Of a stretch of 64,000 nucleotides of DNA, positions 9,010 to 19,762 are shown in pieces. A program made the position numbers and the translations under genes. Position 1 is the stretch's first letter; each line of letters starts with the position of its first letter. Origin of the DNA: a virus. Its lineage: Duplodnaviria > Caudoviricetes. The notes below the pieces were generated by a model. It did no database searches, was not told the origin of the DNA, and worked only from the letters and a program-made list of their open reading frames with translations. Where the stretch lies: the IMG/VR virus record IMGVR_UViG_2636415645_000002, positions 1 to 64,000 of that record; one strand, written 5' to 3'.

Positions 9010-9653
9010 GCCAGAACCCTCAATGCCACTTGATACAGGGCCATTCGATCGGCTGCACCATTCGGCATCTTGCCCTTGCTGCCCGTGTTAATAATGCTAC
9101 CGATATTCTGGATGTCGCCAGCATCGGCCAGCGGGTTCAGCCCGTTTACGTACCAATACCAGGCCGCCGACAGCGCCGCGTATTGCGGCTGCGCCAGCAG
9201 ATCAGGGTGATTGATCAAGTCGACACCCAGAGCTTCACCGCAAGCACGATGGTTGTCCTTGCCAGTGATCTGGATCAGGCCGCGCCCTCGGTAGTCATAA
9301 CCTTCACCCGTTGTCTCAGGGCCGTTGCCCATACGACCGCCATAGACGGCATTCCCCATGCGCTCCGAACTTCCCGCCAACTCGGCGGCACGCGGCACCA
9401 GGGACCGCCAGCGGGAACCCGGGCGAGCGGCATTACCTAAAGCAATGATTCTCTCCTGCGTGTAGTTCAGGCTTTCGACCAGGCGCGTCAAATGGCAGGA
9501 CTCATGCCCCACTTGGGCAATGAAAGCCGCGATCCGTTTGGGCGTGACGATGCCGTACTTATTCATCGCAGTATTCAGTACAGGAACAAAAACACCGGCT
9601 TGGCGGCCGGCGTTCGGAAGTATCTGCAGCAGTAGCTGCGTAGTTATGGACAT
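9006..9653 (-). CDS. Endolysin, glycoside hydrolase family 19
   Basis: AFIAQVGHES and YRGRGLIQITG motifs. Confidence 0.93.
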   Translation of the reverse strand: MSITTQLLLQILPNAGRQAGVFVPVLNTAMNKYGIVTPKRIAAFIAQVGHESCHLTRLVESLNYTQERIIALGNAARPGSRWRSLVPRAAELAGSSERMGNAVYGGRMGNGPETTGEGYDYRGRGLIQITGKDNHRACGEALGVDLINHPDLLAQPQYAALSAAWYWYVNGLNPLADAGDIQNIGSIINTGSKGKMPNGAADRMALYQVALRVLA

Positions 9654-9866
9654 AGCTGTCTCCAGAAGGAATATTAACCAGTGCTGGCTGATTTAATTAC
9701 TTGTTGATGAGTATCGTAAACGCCGCAAAATACAACCGAACAAGTTACATTCCACTCCCCAAAATGCAAGGCATCGATAATTACGAGAAACCTCATAATG
9801 TAAGGGATCGCGCCCACGAACTCAGACCTCGGAATATTTACTTAAGGCACTCAAGCCCAACTACCA

Positions 9867-11999
9867 TCAGCTGGCGCTTACCCCAATAACGCCGGCCGTG
9901 TTACCGGCACGGTTAACAATTGTTAGCTTACTCGATACGCCGCTGAGCGGTGCACCCGGCGTTATGCTATCGAGAGATAGGAAGCCATCAACTAGCGAAA
10001 TTCTATTAAGAGTCGCTCCGGCGTCTTTCCCCTCCCGGCCCGAACTTGTTCCTGTTACATGATTCATCATGCTTGTCACAGAAGAATTCTCGAACGCATA
10101 AATTCCGAAGCTTCCTGTATATATCGCACGAATACCGTGTATGAAAACCTCAGATGTGCCCAAGGCAATCACCCCAAACGTACCACCTGACAAGTTAGTA
10201 CCCGGCAAAACCTGGCAGCCCGTACAATCTCCCTGAAACTGAATACATGCATTGGTCGGATTTGAAACTCTCGCTTTGACACTGACTCTTCTGGCGCTGT
10301 CCACCAGTACCCCCTGTGCCGATGAATTTCGAACAGAGCAATCTATATCAAGCCCATCGACTCGCCCGGTACCGGTCCTTCGAACACTTACGCCAGGGCC
10401 GACGAAACTGGTTAGACCAATCATGGTCAAGGCGCCAACGGTGGTGTCAATTAGATCGCCAGCGCCAAATACACCAATTTGCACTCCACCCGTTACTTCG
10501 GATGTCCAATCCTCGCCAGTCAATCCGTTGATATAGTTTCCGTATTTGTTATCACCTGTCGCGTTGGCGATTGCACCGATCACGCCGCATCGAATGGAAA
10601 CGCAGCCCACGATGCCGCTATAGGAACAGCTCTCCAGCACATGACCTGTATCTAGGCAGTTTATCGCAACGTTACCGGTATTTACCGAGTGGCTCGCGCT
10701 ACAGAAGAAACCATCAGCCGCCTTGCCAGTCACCCCGCAATCCAGAGCCGTGCAATTTGTAGTGTGAACACGTAATCCGTCACCAGCAGTAGAAATGCCA
10801 ATACCTGGAACCGCTCCGAAGCCAAGCGCCCCCACCCCGCGAACCAGTGTAAGGTGGCAGTCCGTACAGTCCACAAGACTAACGCTGACAGTCCGAACTG
10901 TGAGGCTAGATTCGCGACCGGCTTTATTCGAATCTACGGTAAATCCTTTAAATTCAAGCCGAGACTTTCCTACCGCAGAAAGAGTGTATTCAAAGTTGGT
11001 CCCATCCATTGCCATGATGGCGGCTTCGGGAGTTCTTGCCTCCAACCTGAGTATGTTGACAGGTATGACGATTGGTCTACTTGACATACTTCGAGCGTCC
11101 CAAACCACTTGCTTACCTTGCGATACGGCCAGCAAACGATCCCAAGCGTCGGCATCATCGGTTACGCCGTCCTCCTTTCCGCCGGCCATCTTCAGTGTGT
11201 AGGCACCTGCATGTTTTAACCTCCAGCGGCCACCGTCATCGGCGACCACAACGGTGAAGTCGTTGCCCGCTGTCGTCGTGTCCGCCCTGTCGAGGTGATA
11301 ACGACTATTGATCACGCCAGCGCCCGAGCTGTATTCCAACACTTCTGCATAGGGTGATCCAAACTTCGACAAAGTCTTGAGTTCGGCCATGGTGTCAACT
11401 TGACGATAGACACGCCCTACCCCGGCAGAGCCTTTTCGCGAATCAACGGGATTGGCTAGCTCCTGCCGGAGAGCCATATCACCCACCGCTCTCAGCTTTG
11501 GCGAATCAGTAGCCCACGTCCCCGTCAGAGTCAGAGGCAAGTCTTCCTGATTAATAATGCTGTAGAGTTCGCCGGAACGCTGCACCAACTGCCTGGGCCG
11601 CTGAATTACGGCGCCAGCGGCGTAGGCTAGAAATTCACTTTCATAACCCGAATTCATGAGTAGCTGGTCAAATTTCAGCTTGGCTTCAATAAGCACCTGA
11701 TCGATTTCATGTCGCACCTGTTCGACTGCTGTTGCTACATCCAGCGTCGAAATATCAAGCAACATGGGGGCAACATATCCATATCGACTGATTCGAATAT
11801 CGATACGATCTGTAGTTGAGTAAAAGAAAACGCGAGCATTTGCGTCGGCAAGGAATGGGTTTTCGAGGGGCACGGTGCCGGCCGAATCCGAAAACAAGAT
11901 GGCTCGTTCCTGCGAGCCGTGGGCGAACACATCCACAGATGCATTAGGCAATAGAGCACCATCTTCGGCCCGCGCGGCAAAGAACTGAATAGGCTGCAT
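9867..11999 (-). CDS. Tailspike / receptor-binding protein with beta-helix domain
   Basis: N-terminal particle-binding region (NPFLADANARVFFY); DGVTDDADA motif before beta-helix repeats. Confidence 0.8.
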   Translation of the reverse strand: MQPIQFFAARAEDGALLPNASVDVFAHGSQERAILFSDSAGTVPLENPFLADANARVFFYSTTDRIDIRISRYGYVAPMLLDISTLDVATAVEQVRHEIDQVLIEAKLKFDQLLMNSGYESEFLAYAAGAVIQRPRQLVQRSGELYSIINQEDLPLTLTGTWATDSPKLRAVGDMALRQELANPVDSRKGSAGVGRVYRQVDTMAELKTLSKFGSPYAEVLEYSSGAGVINSRYHLDRADTTTAGNDFTVVVADDGGRWRLKHAGAYTLKMAGGKEDGVTDDADAWDRLLAVSQGKQVVWDARSMSSRPIVIPVNILRLEARTPEAAIMAMDGTNFEYTLSAVGKSRLEFKGFTVDSNKAGRESSLTVRTVSVSLVDCTDCHLTLVRGVGALGFGAVPGIGISTAGDGLRVHTTNCTALDCGVTGKAADGFFCSASHSVNTGNVAINCLDTGHVLESCSYSGIVGCVSIRCGVIGAIANATGDNKYGNYINGLTGEDWTSEVTGGVQIGVFGAGDLIDTTVGALTMIGLTSFVGPGVSVRRTGTGRVDGLDIDCSVRNSSAQGVLVDSARRVSVKARVSNPTNACIQFQGDCTGCQVLPGTNLSGGTFGVIALGTSEVFIHGIRAIYTGSFGIYAFENSSVTSMMNHVTGTSSGREGKDAGATLNRISLVDGFLSLDSITPGAPLSGVSSKLTIVNRAGNTAGVIGVSAS

Positions 12000-12150
12000 A
12001 GTTATTCTCGGAGGAGTATTTAAGAAAACTTCAAGAAAAAAACCATCTAGCGCATCAACTAAAGTAGCTGCTAATCAATTTTCTCAGCCAGCAAGAATTT
12101 CCTCACCAGCAATGCAAATGAATTAAACAGGCTACTTAGCTAATAGAGCT

Positions 12151-14691
12151 TTAGGTTTTAAAAGTGATTACTGGGGCAAAGTTGAGCTGTGAGCGAACGC
12201 TGCTCCAGGTATCAAATGCCGCAGCCCGTAAGTAATAAGTTGTTCCTGGCGCCAACCCAGTGATCTGACCAGCCTGCGAGGCGCCCTGATAACCAATCGT
12301 GCCCGTGACCGTGGGATCGAACCCGGCCGTGGTTGCATACACGAACATGTAGCCAGCCTTGTCAGCTGCGGCACTAGTGTTACAACTGACATTCGCGGTG
12401 GTCCCGCTCACAGTCGCCGCTGTGCCGCTGACGGCCGGCGGCGCGGTGTTCACCACCACCAGAGCGGAAACAGGGGCGTTACCCGCTGCGTTTCGCTCAA
12501 TGATTTCAATCCGGTAGCTGCGTACCAGCGGTCCATCGACCAGGGCATCTGCCAACTGGTAAGTGAACGTGGTGGCGGTGGTGGCAACTTCACGCAACAA
12601 GGCGTTCGTGGCTGCGTTGCGGATTCTGACCAGCCGATCTGCGGCGTGTGCCCCAGCTGCCCAACCAACGGTGAAGTAAGGTGCCTCGAACGCGCCCACT
12701 AGCTGCAATCCCTGGGCAGCGCCTGGTACAACTCGCACTGGCGACAATGTGATGCTGTAGGGCGTCACATCAGCCAAGTCCTCCGACGCCCGGCCAAACA
12801 CGTTGAACGAGCGGAACTTCACCCACACCGTTTTGCCGATTTGGTCGGTGGTATAGCTGTACTTCCAGATCGCGTCATCAAGCCGCACAAACTGAGCGTC
12901 CACAGGGTGGCTGGAAACCGACGACCCCAGGCGCCCACGACGCAGGTACTGCAAATTGTAGGCGCCCGGCCCGGTGAGGGAAGCATCTCGATAGCTGATC
13001 AACTCACCATCAATCCAACACAATGTGGCACCACTATCCGCCTCGGCAGTGGTCGCGGCAGTAAGTTGATCGGCAACTGAAAGCTTTACCGACAAGGTGT
13101 TGGTGATATCCGGATCACCTCCCGCCGGCAACGGCGCCGTGAGCCTGCCAATGCGCGAGCGACCATAGACGGTCTCAACCATTCGATAGCTATCACCGTC
13201 GGCGCTGATCCAGATATCACAGCCGCCCCACGCCTCATCGGCCCCGGCGACCGCGCCCCAGATCTGCGTTTCACCGGGCAACAGCAGGCTTTCTGGTGGA
13301 TTGAAGATAATCGGCGGCAGCACTGGCCCTGGTGCAGCATTCTGATTGCCTTGGTAACCGGTCTTGCTCTGCACTGGATAATTTGGTGCGCTGCCCGTCC
13401 CCAGCAACGCATCCTCGGCCACAACCGCGAGCTTGCCGTCTTCATCTTCCTCGACCGATATCAAGCGGACCAAGCGTCGATCAAGCTTCAACGCCGGTTC
13501 CGTGATCGTGATTAGATCCATCGGCTCAAGTAGCACATGCTGCCAGCCGAGGGAAAAATGGTATTCGTTACGGATGTACAGCTTGCGCTGCACCAACAGC
13601 TGCGCCGAGTGCGACGCAATGGCCGTATCGCAGATCTCGTACGCCTTGATGGTGTCCATCGGCTTGGACCCGAATTGCTCGATGGCTGCCTGATCCGGTG
13701 CGCGCACCACGTCCGTGTTGTACTCATGATCGCGATCAAGAATCTCCAGCGACACCTCGTTGTAGCTGTCGGCCTGGCTCTTGATCTTCAGCTGAATCGG
13801 CGGTTCGCCCTCTTCCGCTAAAAAGTCGTCATCTGTGAGGTGCGCTACGGGCGTGACATTCGGATACCAGGTAACACCGTTTCCCGTGACGACCTGATCA
13901 CCAAATGGAATCACCTTCATCTTGCCGGCAGACCAGATCACCTCGCTGTTAGTCAATTGCAACCAGCGCGTAATGGCTTCGCTGCAGGGGGCCTGCTCAT
14001 CCAGCACAGGACTGAGCAAAAGGTTTTCCGCCAGGCAGTAATCGCGATAGTTGCTCAGGTCATCAATCCAGCGCGGATCAAAGCCTATGCCGTCCAGCGG
14101 ATCCAGCAGTAGCCCGGGCAGAAAGAGCCCGGGGTTGGCGTCGGGCAAGCCGGGCACCTGGTAGGGACCGTCGACCTCAAAGGTGTGGTTCTGCACGCCG
14201 GCATTGTCGTTGAGCAAATAGCGGGCAGCGTAAACGTACGACGTGTCCGAATAAGCGATCGCCTCGGTCGGGTGCTTTGTCTCAAGGTATCCCCAAACCG
14301 GCTGATCCGCGGTGCCCGGCATGAAGCTGAAACCGATCTGTGCCAACGCCGACTGCGTAACGCCATCGACTACCTTGTCGGCAAAGACTTCTTTGTCACG
14401 AAAAATCCGACGCACCGCGCTGAGCTTTCCCCGGCCAATACCGAGGATGATCGCGGCGTAGTAGGTATAGGTCGTGTCTTTCTGCGTTGCGCCACCGCCG
14501 CCCTTGCCACCGGTTTTGGTCGTGGTGGTTTTGGCAACCGCTTCGAAATCGGTGTAATAGATCAGGTTGGGACTGATTCGGTTACGACCGGCAATCCAGG
14601 CGATGGGTTTGCCGCTGGCACTGCTCTGGATCTGCAGCGCGTTAATACGAGTCGCGCTGTTGGAAATTGAACTACCGCCACCTCCCCCCAT
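12151..14691 (-). CDS. Tail tip / host-specificity protein with FN3-like C-terminus
   Basis: Follows NlpC/P60; GKPIAWIAG and LRRGRLGS motifs; GLAPGTTYYLR. Confidence 0.8.
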   Translation of the reverse strand: MGGGGGSSISNSATRINALQIQSSASGKPIAWIAGRNRISPNLIYYTDFEAVAKTTTTKTGGKGGGGATQKDTTYTYYAAIILGIGRGKLSAVRRIFRDKEVFADKVVDGVTQSALAQIGFSFMPGTADQPVWGYLETKHPTEAIAYSDTSYVYAARYLLNDNAGVQNHTFEVDGPYQVPGLPDANPGLFLPGLLLDPLDGIGFDPRWIDDLSNYRDYCLAENLLLSPVLDEQAPCSEAITRWLQLTNSEVIWSAGKMKVIPFGDQVVTGNGVTWYPNVTPVAHLTDDDFLAEEGEPPIQLKIKSQADSYNEVSLEILDRDHEYNTDVVRAPDQAAIEQFGSKPMDTIKAYEICDTAIASHSAQLLVQRKLYIRNEYHFSLGWQHVLLEPMDLITITEPALKLDRRLVRLISVEEDEDGKLAVVAEDALLGTGSAPNYPVQSKTGYQGNQNAAPGPVLPPIIFNPPESLLLPGETQIWGAVAGADEAWGGCDIWISADGDSYRMVETVYGRSRIGRLTAPLPAGGDPDITNTLSVKLSVADQLTAATTAEADSGATLCWIDGELISYRDASLTGPGAYNLQYLRRGRLGSSVSSHPVDAQFVRLDDAIWKYSYTTDQIGKTVWVKFRSFNVFGRASEDLADVTPYSITLSPVRVVPGAAQGLQLVGAFEAPYFTVGWAAGAHAADRLVRIRNAATNALLREVATTATTFTYQLADALVDGPLVRSYRIEIIERNAAGNAPVSALVVVNTAPPAVSGTAATVSGTTANVSCNTSAAADKAGYMFVYATTAGFDPTVTGTIGYQGASQAGQITGLAPGTTYYLRAAAFDTWSSVRSQLNFAPVITFKT

Positions 14692-15133
14692 CACTGCCTC
14701 CAAAACTGTCGAGTGTGTAATAACGCACTGGTCTACTGGCCAGGCGCTCTTCGCGCATATCGGCGACTTCGACGCCGATAGCTAGAAACGAATGAATGAC
14801 CCGGTGCTCATCGATGACCACAGCGCCATGGCTATAGGTGCGGCCGAACTGCCAGATGGCGACATCTCCGGGTTGCGGGGATTCGACCTGGTGCCCGTAC
14901 TCTTCAAGCCAGGACAGGTAAAGCTCCTTGCTGCGGTGCAGATGCCAATCCTGCGCGTAGGCACCGGGATCGATCCAAGGCAAGAGACCAACCGAGTGGT
15001 AAACCTCAATAAGCAACCAGGCACAGTCCACGCCCACGCCCAGCAGATGCTGACGGTGCTCGTAGGGTGTCTTGAGCCAACGTCGGGCCTCGGCAATCAC
15101 CGCTTCGCGCTGCTGCAGCTCAAGATCGCTCAT
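14672..15133 (-). CDS. NlpC/P60 tail-associated peptidase
   Basis: ARRWLKTPY, GVDC and SHGAV catalytic motifs. Confidence 0.88.
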   Translation of the reverse strand: MSDLELQQREAVIAEARRWLKTPYEHRQHLLGVGVDCAWLLIEVYHSVGLLPWIDPGAYAQDWHLHRSKELYLSWLEEYGHQVESPQPGDVAIWQFGRTYSHGAVVIDEHRVIHSFLAIGVEVADMREERLASRPVRYYTLDSFGGSDGGRWR

Positions 15134-15990
15134 ACAGAAGTCTCAGCTACGGGGATAAAGGGCATGCCGCGATAACGTCCGCGGTTGCCAAACTTGTTGG
15201 TGCAGGCGTCGAGTGTGCGCGGGCAGCCGGGGTAAATAAGGAACTGATCACCCACTTGCAGCTCTGCCGGTAGCCCGAGTATCAGAGTGACGGCACCGTC
15301 GGCCGTTTGGCGACGAACAGTGCGCGAAACACCAGCATTCCCGCCGTTCACAAAGCGAATCACACCCTGATCAAACCACCCATTTTGCGCGCCGATGTTG
15401 GTGCGAATACGAAGGCCGCTCGTGGACTCCAGCACCGAACCCGCAGTTTCGAACAACGAGCGATTCACACCGCAATCGTCGCTATAAACAGTACGCAGGC
15501 ATCCTGGCTGATAGACCCCTTTAGGCACCTTGGTATCAAGCAGCTCCATCGGCGACTTGACCGAAAACGTCGCCTGCTCGCGGTCGGCAGGATCTACCTC
15601 GGCCACTCGCCCAATAAAGCGCAATACAGTGCCGATCACAGGCGCAGTCCAATCGGGCATGAACGCCCGGGATAGCGACAAGGAAGCGCCATCAAAGCCC
15701 CCTCCGGCGATGAATGCCAGAATAGGCTCACCCAGCAGCGTATCCTCGATTCCGGCGTAAAGGGTAACGCTCAGGGTATCGACCTCTACCCCTCGCACCG
15801 TCCGGATCCCGGTACGCTTTAGTAGTGGCCCTGACGCCGAGTAATTCGCACCATCAGCGAATAACTGCACCCCGGCATCGGTGTATCGCAGCACCTGCCC
15901 ACTCGCCAGGGTGATGGTGTATAGATCGGCCATCACAAAGCTTCGGGCCGTGGCCAGAAACTGCCTCAACTCGGGACTGACATCGATCAT
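15130..15990 (-). CDS. DUF2163/BR0599 tail hub protein
   Basis: C-terminal GC....C..KFGN...RG.PFIP; start moved to MIDVS. Confidence 0.85.
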   Translation of the reverse strand: MIDVSPELRQFLATARSFVMADLYTITLASGQVLRYTDAGVQLFADGANYSASGPLLKRTGIRTVRGVEVDTLSVTLYAGIEDTLLGEPILAFIAGGGFDGASLSLSRAFMPDWTAPVIGTVLRFIGRVAEVDPADREQATFSVKSPMELLDTKVPKGVYQPGCLRTVYSDDCGVNRSLFETAGSVLESTSGLRIRTNIGAQNGWFDQGVIRFVNGGNAGVSRTVRRQTADGAVTLILGLPAELQVGDQFLIYPGCPRTLDACTNKFGNRGRYRGMPFIPVAETSV

Positions 15991-16637
15991 GGTTTGATGC
16001 TCGTAAAAGAAACGTTTTTCATCTCCCAAATCCGGCCGAACGGCTGCGCGCCGTCCAGCGAATCTGAATCGTATGCACAGCGAAAAAAGAACGCGCCGGT
16101 CCATTCAAGCGCCAAGCCCATGGCAGGGGCCTTAGCAAAGGTGATTTTGCCAAGAGCATCGACGCTGTAAGCAGTCACGGGCACCCCAGCGACCGTCAAC
16201 AGGTCTATGTTGACCACGCCATAAACGGGTTCTACCCACCCCTCGATGGCCCGCGACAGCTGAAACGTTCGGGTAACCCCGTCGCCAAAGCCGAAGCGAT
16301 GCTTGGTCACTTGGTGATCGGTCCTATCGAAATACAGGAAGTCCCCGAACTGCCCTTTGCGCTGATTGAAGAACGCGACCAGCCGCGACCATTCATCCAG
16401 GCCGGGACGTTTGCGTACCGCGTTGTAGTTGATCTGAAACGTCCAAAACGGCGCTGGGTAATACGCCGTGGTACGACGCCGTCCACTAGCTGACTTTTGC
16501 ACTCCCGTGCTCCATGCAGGAGATTTTTTGGCAAGGAACGTTTGCCCTGGCATATAGGGCAAAACATCGTCCGCCATAACACCGCGATCCGGTAAACCGG
16601 CAATCCAACGCGCTGGAAAAAAAGGCCCGAGCAGCAT
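15987..16637 (-). CDS. DUF2460 (TIGR02217-like) distal tail protein
   Basis: SASGRRR, FFNQRKG and GDGVTRTFQL motifs; follows tape measure. Confidence 0.8.
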   Translation of the reverse strand: MLLGPFFPARWIAGLPDRGVMADDVLPYMPGQTFLAKKSPAWSTGVQKSASGRRRTTAYYPAPFWTFQINYNAVRKRPGLDEWSRLVAFFNQRKGQFGDFLYFDRTDHQVTKHRFGFGDGVTRTFQLSRAIEGWVEPVYGVVNIDLLTVAGVPVTAYSVDALGKITFAKAPAMGLALEWTGAFFFRCAYDSDSLDGAQPFGRIWEMKNVSFTSIKP

Positions 16638-16647
16638 GAAAACTCCT

Positions 16648-19422
16648 TTATGCCTTGAGGGCACCGTTGCGCTGCAGCTTCTGCATTTCAAGAGCAAATA
16701 CCCTGGCGTTGCGCCGGATATCCGCCGGCGTCAGCCGGCCGCTGCTGTCGTGATAGTGATAGCCACCAACGCCACCGCCGCCCAACTGACCATCACCGTT
16801 CGCGGCCTGGCGGATCACGTTGGCGTACTGCTTGGGCAGAACCATTTCCTGTTCATGGAGCTGGGTCATCGGGTTCACCCCAGCCGGGATGTCATAACCA
16901 CCCTCAGCAGAGGCCACGTTCTTGATCAGGCCGAATACGAACGCACCAGCGGCAACACCGGCAGCAACGCCCAAAGCTGGCCCGATGATCGGGATTGCAG
17001 ACATTGCTGCAAACGCACCCGCGATCGCCTGGTAAGCGCTGGAAATGATGTTGCTGATGGTGGCAGCACCCCAGACCGCGACGGACATCGCGGCGCCACC
17101 GATCTCGGCCGCTGTTCGCAACCCGACGCCGGTTACGGTCGCCCCGGTTTTTGCCGTTTCACCGAATACCCAAGCCATCAAAGGTTTGGTGACCATGTTT
17201 TCGACAAACGCGGTACCGATGCTGCCAAAAATTCCTTTCAGCAGCCCCTGAGTGCTCATCGTCCCGGTGAGGATGCCGTTTAGCCCGCTACTCCAGCTGG
17301 ACTGCAAACTCCCCATCATCCCGGTCCAATTACTCTGGGATTCCATGGTTTGCTGCCGGCCGATCACAGCCATGCTGTTTCGGTGAGTCTGCTCCAGGGC
17401 GAGGATCTGCTGCTGGACCTGCTGCAGGGCGACCGGGTTGCGGTCGGGATCCTGGTCCAATAGCGCCTTGCGTTGCGCCAAGGCTTCAGCCTCGATCGCG
17501 TACCGCTGTTTTTCGAACTCGGCCTGAGATTGCAGCAATTGACCCTGAGTGATCAGGTTGGCCTGCAGGTCCAACTGGGCCATCTGTTCGGCATGGGCAA
17601 CATCGGTCAACCGGGCCTGTTTATCAGCAGCATATTCCTGCTGCTTCATATTGGTGATTTGTTGCTGTTTCTCCCGCTCGACGGCGACCACTTCGGCAGC
17701 TGCCTTTCGGTATTCCTGGCTGTCCTGGCCATAAAGCTGCCGGCTGCGCTCCAACGTTTGCTGAGCGATATTCAACCGTGCGTCCATGTTGTTGCGGTAT
17801 TGCTGCGCCTGAGCCTGAAGGTCTGCGAATGCCTGGCCTTCATCCTGGCGGCGCAACGATCCCAATGCGGTCAAGTAATTGCGCTGCACGCCCAGCCGTT
17901 CCTTGGCCGTCAAGTCGGTGCGCTTGAGGATCCCTTGCCAGTAGTCCGCTTCCTGTTGCTGCGAGAACTGGAGAAACGTGCCCTGCTCGGCCTGCTGCTG
18001 GGCGTGCGCGACCTTTTGCGCATCCAGCGCTTCGGACCATTCGCTGACTCGCGAGGTTGCTTTGCCGGGTGCTGTTGCAGGGGTCTCAGTTTTCTTCGGT
18101 GGCGTTGTCGCCTCCTCAACCTTTTTTCGATGCTCAATTGCGGCGGCATAACCGGCTTCAAGCTTCGTCAGCCGAGCGACTTCGATACCGTAAGCTGTTG
18201 GTGCTGTCCGGCCCTGCTGAGGCGCTTTAGTCATCGCGGTGTCGCCCGTTGCCGCCATGTCAGCCACCTTCCGGCGCTGCTCTTCAATGCGTGCAACACG
18301 GGAGCGCATACCGGCGTCCACCTCGTCTACCTTGTTGGAGACAAGTTGCATGTTCTCCAACAGCAGACGCTCCTCCACCAATGCCGCTTCGAGGGGAGCC
18401 TTACTACCATTACCACGCGGACCAGGCTTGAAGTCCTTGAGGATGGCTTCATAGCGAGCAACGTTCGCTGCAACTTCGTCGACTGTTACCCCAACGCCTG
18501 TCATTCCTTTCAACAGACTATTGAACCAACTGGCCGTCTCAGCCAGTCGCTTGTTCAGGCTGACAAAAACAGGCTCCAGAATCGTGCCAATAGTGACCTG
18601 CAGCTCGTTGCTTTTTGAATCAAGTTCGGCCTGGCTACCTGTCAAGCCGTCAGCCGCTTTCGCTGCGTTGCCGACCTGGGCTTCAGTTTCTTTCATTACC
18701 CCGTTGTATTCAGCTGTGATCTTCTGTGAATCGGTCAACTTGTCGCGCGTGGTACCAATACTCTTGGCATATTCCTCCCACATCTTTGCAACGTTTTTCG
18801 TTACACCGGCGTTGTCGACCAACACTGAGTTTTCATTCTTCAAACCTTCGGTAGCCGACACTACGGCTTCCGAAAGACTAAGGTTCGCCTGCCGGTTAAA
18901 GGCAGCAGCATCTTTCAAGCGCGTAATGACGCTCACTGCCTGGTCAACGTTGTAGCCCCGGCTCAGCAGATTTTGAAGTGCTTTTGCCGAATCTCCGACA
19001 CTGATCAGGCCGTCAGCAGCAAGTTTGTTTGCCTCATCCATGGCGCGGCCAATACCAACACCTGCGTGATTGGCGACCGCCTCTAAACCCCGATAAGCTG
19101 CCTGCTGCTGAATTGCCGCATCCTTGCTGTCAACAACCAACTGCTTGACCTTGAACGCACCGAGTGCAAAAACACCGATCAGGCCAGCGGCAACACTTGA
19201 AAGCCCAGAGCGCATGATGGTGCTGACGCCGCCCAACGCATCATTGACCGCCGGACCAAAACGGCTTAGTTGCGTTTGGCTGCCCACCATTTCGGTATTG
19301 ATAGACCTCAGCTCGCGACTGAAAGTCGTTCGAGCATCACGCATGTTCCGCTCAATGCTTTCGATTGCACGGTCAAAGCCTTGGGTGCCGGCAGTGAACT
19401 GGTACGCGATATTTCTATCCAT
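16648..19422 (-). CDS. Tail tape measure protein
   Basis: 924 aa, helical A/Q-rich; C-terminal SAEGGYDIP...LHEQEMVLP. Confidence 0.9.
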   Translation of the reverse strand: MDRNIAYQFTAGTQGFDRAIESIERNMRDARTTFSRELRSINTEMVGSQTQLSRFGPAVNDALGGVSTIMRSGLSSVAAGLIGVFALGAFKVKQLVVDSKDAAIQQQAAYRGLEAVANHAGVGIGRAMDEANKLAADGLISVGDSAKALQNLLSRGYNVDQAVSVITRLKDAAAFNRQANLSLSEAVVSATEGLKNENSVLVDNAGVTKNVAKMWEEYAKSIGTTRDKLTDSQKITAEYNGVMKETEAQVGNAAKAADGLTGSQAELDSKSNELQVTIGTILEPVFVSLNKRLAETASWFNSLLKGMTGVGVTVDEVAANVARYEAILKDFKPGPRGNGSKAPLEAALVEERLLLENMQLVSNKVDEVDAGMRSRVARIEEQRRKVADMAATGDTAMTKAPQQGRTAPTAYGIEVARLTKLEAGYAAAIEHRKKVEEATTPPKKTETPATAPGKATSRVSEWSEALDAQKVAHAQQQAEQGTFLQFSQQQEADYWQGILKRTDLTAKERLGVQRNYLTALGSLRRQDEGQAFADLQAQAQQYRNNMDARLNIAQQTLERSRQLYGQDSQEYRKAAAEVVAVEREKQQQITNMKQQEYAADKQARLTDVAHAEQMAQLDLQANLITQGQLLQSQAEFEKQRYAIEAEALAQRKALLDQDPDRNPVALQQVQQQILALEQTHRNSMAVIGRQQTMESQSNWTGMMGSLQSSWSSGLNGILTGTMSTQGLLKGIFGSIGTAFVENMVTKPLMAWVFGETAKTGATVTGVGLRTAAEIGGAAMSVAVWGAATISNIISSAYQAIAGAFAAMSAIPIIGPALGVAAGVAAGAFVFGLIKNVASAEGGYDIPAGVNPMTQLHEQEMVLPKQYANVIRQAANGDGQLGGGGVGGYHYHDSSGRLTPADIRRNARVFALEMQKLQRNGALKA

Positions 19423-19501
19423 GCCGAAACCTCACATTGCAGACGTAAAAACTCCGCCGAGGCGGAGTTAGTGGGTGATGGCGAAAAATGCCAGATAAGG
19501 G

Positions 19502-19762
19502 TCATGCGGGCGGGACAAATGCATCCAACGCCCCACGCAGATGCTCAGGCAGATCCGCGCGCATATCTGTCGCCATTGCCGCCAAGTTGCTAGCCAGGTC
19601 AGGCGCATCCGTAACGCCTTCAGTCGGCTTGTATCCCATGTAACCAGCCACGAGCACGTGCACGGGTGGATGATGCCGCCAGTAGTCCGTCATATGCCCC
19701 ACCATCACCATGTCCCAGTCACGCCGCAGCGTGACCGGGCTTTGGCCTGTGCTGGCGATCAA
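19502..19762 (-). CDS. Tail assembly chaperone frameshift extension (gpGT-like)
   Basis: Lies in the -1 frame relative to 19759-20103 and is open back to GGGGGAA at 19801-19807. Confidence 0.7.
   Translation of the reverse strand: MIASTGQSPVTLRRDWDMVMVGHMTDYWRHHPPVHVLVAGYMGYKPTEGVTDAPDLASNLAAMATDMRADLPEHLRGALDAFVPPA

Noticed and set aside
9867-14691. Diversity-generating retroelement or invertible tail-fibre switch
   Set aside because: No reverse transcriptase, invertase or TR/VR duplication seen in the window.
17473-18618. Long plus-strand ORFs opposite structural genes (also 26837-27811, 44743-45768, 55472-56479)
   Set aside because: Antisense shadows of GC-rich coding genes with no recognisable motifs.
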